The translations under genes were made by a program, and so were the position numbers. A stretch of DNA of 64,000 nt, from the NCBI GenBank assembly GCA_963775425.1, contig CAVZJB010000017.1:160001-224000 (forward strand), written 5' to 3'. Below, one piece after another: positions 58,799 to 64,000 of the stretch (within the stretch, counting starts at the first letter, position 1; each line of letters begins with the position of its first letter). Source of the DNA: an uncultured delta proteobacterium. Its GTDB lineage: Bacteria > Myxococcota > UBA727 > VGSZ01. Below the pieces are notes generated by a model. That model searched no databases, was not told the DNA's origin, and was given only the letters and a program-made list of their open reading frames with translations.

Positions 58799-61700
58799 TC
58801 AAGCGCGCCCCCCGGCGTCGAGCAGGGCGCGCGCCTCGACGTCGCCGCCGAAGCCCGCGGGACGCTCGCGCGGGACGAACAGCGGGGCCCGCCCGCTCAA
58901 CACGCGCTGCAGCCGCTGCTCGGCGCTCCTGCGGCGCGCCTCCATGCGCGCGGCGTAGTCGGCGCGCACGTCTTCGGCGAGCGCGCGCCAGAACAGGAAC
59001 GGGTGCGCGAGGCACACGAGCGCGCTCACGTGCCCGAAGCCGAGCGTGGTCACCACGCCCGCCTTGAGCGCGTGCCACGGCAAGCGCGTGGCGCGATCGC
59101 TCCACACCAGACGGCCGAAGGCGCGCATGTCGTCGTCGACGTCGTCGAGGCTCGCGTTGCCGGGGACGACGCCGTCGGCCATCGCCTGCAGCAAGCCGTT
59201 CATCTGCCACGCCGCCGCCGCGCCCTTCGGGTGGCCGGTCAGCGACTTCTGCGAGATGACGAAGAGCGGCTTGTGCGGCGCCCTTCCGAGCGACGTCATC
59301 ATCGTCTCGTGCAAGCGGGCCTCGTTGAGGTCGTTCGCCTGCGTGGAGCTGTCGTGCTTGGAGACGACGCCGACGTCGTCGGCGACGAGCCCGAGCACGG
59401 CCAACGCCCCGCGCAGCGGCGAGATGTCCCTTCGGTCGCGCATGAAGTCGTGCGCGAGCCGCCGCTTCTCGGCCGCCACGATGGCGTCCGCCTGCGCGGC
59501 GCCCAAGAGCCGCGCGAGCTCCGGCCGGCGCTTGTCGAGCTCGCGCGCCGCGCGACGTCGAAGCTCGAGGTCACACGCCGTGTGGTCGACGGGGTCGGTG
59601 CGGTCCTCCGTCGCGAGCGCGAGCGCCCCCTGCCCCGGCGCCGGCACGCTCTTCTGCAGGCCGTCGCCGCTCGTGCCCGCGAACGCCACCACGCCGTAGA
59701 CCGGCAGCGCCAGCTTCACGGCGAGGCTCGCGCGACACACGACCACGACGCCGGCGCCCTGCGACTCCACGAAGCCGCGTCGGCGGGCGTCGTTGGGGCG
59801 CGACATGAAGCGAGGCTCGACGCCGCGCGCGGCGAGGTCGTCGGTGTCGGCGGTGGCGCCCATGTCGCCGAAGCCGAGGTTGCCGGCTTCGGAGAGGTCG
59901 TCGGCGCCGCCGGCGACGACGAGGTCGGCCTGGCCCGTCTTGATCTTGTCGACGGCTTCGCTGAGCGACAGGCCACCGGTGGCGCACGCGCCCACCGGGA
60001 AGCTCATCGGGCCGTAGCTGCCGAGGAACGACTGCACGACGTACCCGCCGATGACGTTGATGAGCGTCTCCTGCAGCGCGTCGTTTTGCCGGTCGGCGCC
60101 GTCGTAGAAGTCGCGGTAGAGCTTCTTGAGCTTGGTCATGCCGCCGATGCCGGTGCCGATGGTGACGCCGGCGCGCCCCGGGTGCAGGTGCGCGAACAGC
60201 TCCTCGGGCGTGAGGCCCGCGGCGAGGAACGCCTCGGCCGTGGACACCAGGCAGTACAGCGTCACCGGGTCGACCTGCGCGCACAGCTCCTTGGGCACGC
60301 CGAGGCGTGCGGCGTCCCAACCCGTCGGGATCTGCCCGGCCACCGCGCGGTGCAGGCGGAACGCCGCCGGCACGCGCACCACGGAGCCCGCCCGCTTGAC
60401 GACGAACAGCGCGCCGCCGTCGTCGACGACGACGGTGCCCTCCGGGTCGTCCTCGACCATCGCCGCCGCCGTCTCCCGGGTGGGGACAGGGAAGCGGAAG
60501 TCGCGCTCGAGGTGCACCTCGACGAGACGCGGCGTGCGGCGGGGATCGAAGCCCGTGACCGCGGGCTCGATGACGCGCACGCCCGCGTGCGCGAGCACGT
60601 GCTCCTCGTACTTCGCGATGACCTCGTCGTCGGCGACGCGCTCGCCGGAGGCGGCGTCGACGAAACCTGCGCCTTTGTCGTCGGGGCGAACGAGGCCCAT
60701 CATCCAAGCGAGCTCGAGCACCGCCTCGATGGAGAGCTTGGCGTCCTTCTCGATGGCCCAGCGCGTGCGCGCGCTGCCCCACGGGCTCACCTCACCGGTG
60801 CCGACGACGACGATGAGCTCGTCGAGGTCGAGGTGGTCGAGCTGCGGCAGGAGCGCCAGGTCCGCCTCGCACGGCACGGGCACGCGCAGGCGCTGCCGGG
60901 CCAACGGCGCCGTCTTCGACGTCGACGAGCCGGCCGCGGCGCCGGCGACGCGAGCCCACGCCTCGTCGAGGACGCGGCGGCGCGCCTCGAGGCGGGCGTC
61001 GGCGGCGACGCGGTCGCGATACTCCCGCATGAGCCCTGCGAGGTCCGGGACGGCGCCGAGGCCCCCGGTGAGATCGGCGACGAACGGCGCGCGCGCGGCG
61101 GCGACGTCGTCCATGAGGGCGACGACGGCGTCGGCCATCTCGTCCCCGGAGAACGTCTTCAGCCCACGCTCCTCGAGGAACGTCGCCGCGCCGTCGTTTT
61201 TGTGCATCAAGCCCGTGCCGCGCACCCAGCCGATGCGCGCGCCGACGACGGCGACGTTCTTGCCCCAGGCCTCCGAGCGCTGCTTGTCGAGCAGCGCCTC
61301 GAGCGCGGCCTTGCACTCGCCGTAGGCGCCGTCGCCGCCGAAGGTGCCGTGGTTGGGCGACAGCGGAAGGATGACGTGCGCCCGCGTGCCCCGCGCCGCG
61401 TGCAGCTCGGCGACGCGCGCGACGAGGCGCTCGACGCCCAGGACGAGCACGCGGAACATGGTGAGCGAGCGCGGCCCCATGGAGAGGAGGTCCGCAGTCT
61501 CGGCGACGGCGCCGAAGGGGATGACGAGGTCGGGGACCATGGGCGGCTTGGCGACCCGGTCCACCGAGCCCACGCGCTCCTTCTGCGGCTCCGCGAGGAA
61601 GCGCACGAGATCGTCGACGTCGGCGAAGCTGCCTTGGTTGGCGGGCACCACGTGCAGCTCCGCGCCGAGCGCGGCGTGCTCCTGGTACAGGGCCTTGAAC

Positions 61701-64000
61701 GAGCGCGCCGCGTCCGGTCGCGACGTCGTCACGATGACCCGGGCGCCGCCGGCGAGGAGGCGCGCGACCACGCTGCGCGCGATGGAGCCCGGCCCCGCGC
61801 CCGTGACGAGCGCCGTGCGCCCGGCAAACACGCTGGCGACCGCGCTGACCGCGAGCACGGCCTCGAGCCGCTCCACGCGGGAGGCGTCGCCGTCGCGCCG
61901 CGCCTCCTCGAGCATGTGCGCGGCGAGCGCGCGGGCGGCGGCGTCGAGGCGCCCGGCGACGCGCGCTGGGGGCAGCGCGTCGTCGAGGAGGTCGCGGCGC
62001 GCCCACGCCCACGACGACCGGAACGCCGCGTGCTTCCTGGCGTCGAACACGGCGCGCGTCGCCTGGAAGTAGGCCTCGTCGTGCTCGCGGTCATCGAGCG
62101 CGGGTCCCCCCGCGGCGGGATCGACCACGACGCCGTCGACGGCGCCGGGCTCCACGGCGTCGCGCAGCACGCGGGCCGCGCGCGCGAGCGCGCCGTCCTT
62201 GCCGAGCACGCGGGCCTCGAGGGCGTCGAGCGCCGCGGAGTCGACGGCGGCCCCGCCGGCGGCCGCGCGCTTCTTCTCGATGGCGACGCCGAGCTCGGCG
62301 CCGTAGGCGCGCACGAGCTCCTCGACGACGCCGTCGCTCTTGCCGCCGGCGCGGGCGCGCAGAGCCAGGCGGTTCTTCAGGCGCTCGCGGTGGGCGGGCG
62401 GGAGCTCCCACTCCTTGGCGAGCAGGTCGTCGAACCGGCCGAGGTCGTGGCCGAGCAGCTTGTGCGCGGCCTGATCCTGCAGCGGCTTCAGCACGGCGCC
62501 GGGACCGGTTGCTGTCGACGTTTTCGAGATCGTCGAAGCGAGCGTCGCCAGGGGCATCTCGTGCGCGTTGTCCACGGCGCGCGCGCCGAGCTCCGCCCCG
62601 ATCTCGGCGAGCACCTGGTTCCTTCGCGCGGAATTTCCGCCGAGCAGGTGATCGAGCGAGCGCGACAGATCGATCTCCTCCCGCGCCTTCTTGGTGACGA
62701 CGCACAGGAGCGTGACGAGGGCGTCCTCGACCCACGGGCGCGCCTCGGGGAGCGGCCCGACGCCGCGCGCCGGCTCGAGGGGGACGGGCGCCGCGACGGC
62801 CGCTTGCTGCGGCGCAGCCGGGGCTTCTCTGCGTGGCGCGGCTGCTTGCCCGCCGCCGGGCCCCTCCTGCTCGCCCACGCCGGACGCCGACGCCGGCGCC
62901 GGCGGGACGGCGACGGGGTCCTCCTCCACGAGCGCCGTGCCGAGCACGACGTCTTTGTCGAGCACCGCGTGCAGGACGCGAGACCTGCCGTCATAGCCGC
63001 CGGCCTTGGCCATGCCGCTCAGCACGGGCTGCTTGGCCGGGCCCACCTCGACCACGTCGCCGACGGCGTGTGCGCCCCGCAGGAGCACGTCCTGCACGTC
63101 GGTCCAGCGCACGGGAGACGCGAACTGGTAGGCGAGCACCTCGACGAGCAGCATGCGCGCGAGCCGCGGCCGGTCCGCCGCCGTCTCGTCGAAGCACGAG
63201 AGCCACTCGGCCACCCGCGGCGACCCCGACGCGTCGAGCACCTCGCTGAGGAACGCGGGTGAGAGCCGGAAGAGCGTGCCCGTGAGGTTCGGCACGTAGC
63301 GGCCCTCGAGGAGCGCCGGCTCCACGCGCTCGGGGAGCACGGCGTCGAGCCGCGCGCGGAACGCGGGCACGCCGTCGCGCAACAGCGGCGAGTGGAACGG
63401 GACGTCGATGCCCGGGACGTCGACGAACGCCGGCTTGCCGGCGCCGCCCTGGATCGCCGCGAGCTTCTGCTTCAGCGCCGCGAGCGCGCGCACGTCGCCG
63501 GTCACCGCGTACTGGCGGCCACGCACGTTGTGGTTCACCACGAACAGCGGCAGGCCCGCCTCGCGCGCCACGTCGTCGACGAGCGCGAGCGCGGCGCTCT
63601 CGTCAAGCCCGGCCAGGTTCGGCCGCACCGCGCCCATGCCGTACGGCGAGCGCCCCGCGGCGTCGCGCGACACCAGGCGATCCATCGTGCGCCCGCGCTC
63701 GTAGACGATGTCGACGACGCCGGCGAGCGGCATCACCGCCGGCACCGACGCCAGCGCCGAGTACTCACCGAGCGAGTGGCCCGCGAACGGCGCCCCCTCG
63801 ACCAGCGCGCCCTGCTCCTTCAGCGCGGCGACGTCCGCCACCGCCATCACGGCCAACGCCACCTGCGTGAGCTGCGTCAGGAAGAGGACGCCCTCGGGAT
63901 GCACCAGGCGCTCACCCTTCACCCACAGCTCGCGCGGGTTGTCGCGCACGACGTGGAGCAACGAGAAGCCGTGGTGCGACTGGCAGACCGCGTCCGCCTC
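58799..64000 (-). CDS. fas: Type I fatty acid synthase, mycobacterial/fungal single-chain architecture (MPT-ACP-KR-KS part); 5' end outside the window
   Basis: MPT: LTQLTQVAL, GHSLGEY, VPFHS. ACP: GGNSARRNQ. KR: VTGAGPGSI, LPLSPNHGTFGGDGAY, IGWVRGTGLM. KS: PWGSARTRW, GACAT, KHDSST, KSLTGHPKGAA, GFGHV. Confidence 0.92.
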   Translation of the reverse strand, partial: EADAVCQSHHGFSLLHVVRDNPRELWVKGERLVHPEGVLFLTQLTQVALAVMAVADVAALKEQGALVEGAPFAGHSLGEYSALASVPAVMPLAGVVDIVYERGRTMDRLVSRDAAGRSPYGMGAVRPNLAGLDESAALALVDDVAREAGLPLFVVNHNVRGRQYAVTGDVRALAALKQKLAAIQGGAGKPAFVDVPGIDVPFHSPLLRDGVPAFRARLDAVLPERVEPALLEGRYVPNLTGTLFRLSPAFLSEVLDASGSPRVAEWLSCFDETAADRPRLARMLLVEVLAYQFASPVRWTDVQDVLLRGAHAVGDVVEVGPAKQPVLSGMAKAGGYDGRSRVLHAVLDKDVVLGTALVEEDPVAVPPAPASASGVGEQEGPGGGQAAAPRREAPAAPQQAAVAAPVPLEPARGVGPLPEARPWVEDALVTLLCVVTKKAREEIDLSRSLDHLLGGNSARRNQVLAEIGAELGARAVDNAHEMPLATLASTISKTSTATGPGAVLKPLQDQAAHKLLGHDLGRFDDLLAKEWELPPAHRERLKNRLALRARAGGKSDGVVEELVRAYGAELGVAIEKKRAAAGGAAVDSAALDALEARVLGKDGALARAARVLRDAVEPGAVDGVVVDPAAGGPALDDREHDEAYFQATRAVFDARKHAAFRSSWAWARRDLLDDALPPARVAGRLDAAARALAAHMLEEARRDGDASRVERLEAVLAVSAVASVFAGRTALVTGAGPGSIARSVVARLLAGGARVIVTTSRPDAARSFKALYQEHAALGAELHVVPANQGSFADVDDLVRFLAEPQKERVGSVDRVAKPPMVPDLVIPFGAVAETADLLSMGPRSLTMFRVLVLGVERLVARVAELHAARGTRAHVILPLSPNHGTFGGDGAYGECKAALEALLDKQRSEAWGKNVAVVGARIGWVRGTGLMHKNDGAATFLEERGLKTFSGDEMADAVVALMDDVAAARAPFVADLTGGLGAVPDLAGLMREYRDRVAADARLEARRRVLDEAWARVAGAAAGSSTSKTAPLARQRLRVPVPCEADLALLPQLDHLDLDELIVVVGTGEVSPWGSARTRWAIEKDAKLSIEAVLELAWMMGLVRPDDKGAGFVDAASGERVADDEVIAKYEEHVLAHAGVRVIEPAVTGFDPRRTPRLVEVHLERDFRFPVPTRETAAAMVEDDPEGTVVVDDGGALFVVKRAGSVVRVPAAFRLHRAVAGQIPTGWDAARLGVPKELCAQVDPVTLYCLVSTAEAFLAAGLTPEELFAHLHPGRAGVTIGTGIGGMTKLKKLYRDFYDGADRQNDALQETLINVIGGYVVQSFLGSYGPMSFPVGACATGGLSLSEAVDKIKTGQADLVVAGGADDLSEAGNLGFGDMGATADTDDLAARGVEPRFMSRPNDARRRGFVESQGAGVVVVCRASLAVKLALPVYGVVAFAGTSGDGLQKSVPAPGQGALALATEDRTDPVDHTACDLELRRRAARELDKRRPELARLLGAAQADAIVAAEKRRLAHDFMRDRRDISPLRGALAVLGLVADDVGVVSKHDSSTQANDLNEARLHETMMTSLGRAPHKPLFVISQKSLTGHPKGAAAAWQMNGLLQAMADGVVPGNASLDDVDDDMRAFGRLVWSDRATRLPWHALKAGVVTTLGFGHVSALVCLAHPFLFWRALAEDVRADYAARMEARRRSAEQRLQRVLSGRAPLFVPRERPAGFGGDVEARALLDAGGRA

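Noticed and set aside
58616-63262. 1548-aa plus-strand ORF
   Set aside because: Shadow of fas; no recognisable domain.

Overview
Very GC-rich bacterial chromosome segment; gene content (Ser/Thr kinase, stressosome, many candidate sigma54 promoters, PspC) suggests a myxobacterium/deltaproteobacterium, which is an inference. In order, it holds: a window-truncated amidoligase-like gene; a fatty-acid-hydroxylase / SAM-methyltransferase / fused HgcAB-like corrinoid-ferredoxin operon; a 1139-aa CYTH-domain protein; an O2/redox-sensing neighbourhood (globin histidine kinase, USPs, hemerythrin-like protein, acsA-pdhABC-ACP-lipA with a frameshifted E2, globin RsbR-S-T-X stressosome); a LolA/LolCDE-like exporter; an asnB-ACP-ligase-nadE-SGNH surface-polymer tailoring cluster; a deleted XPB-helicase/DUF790 pseudogene; tesB; several secreted proteins; ung translationally coupled to a UDG-like domain fused to an ADP-ribosyltransferase; a split myo-inositol catabolic locus with a transaldolase but no iolC/iolJ; and the 3' part of a mycobacterial/fungal-type type I fatty acid synthase followed by acpS. 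The ung + UDG-ART pair is the best candidate for an undescribed system, possibly uracil-DNA or anti-UDG sensing defence. No rRNA, tRNA, CRISPR array or transposase was recognised. All calls are by eye from motifs; no database search was run.
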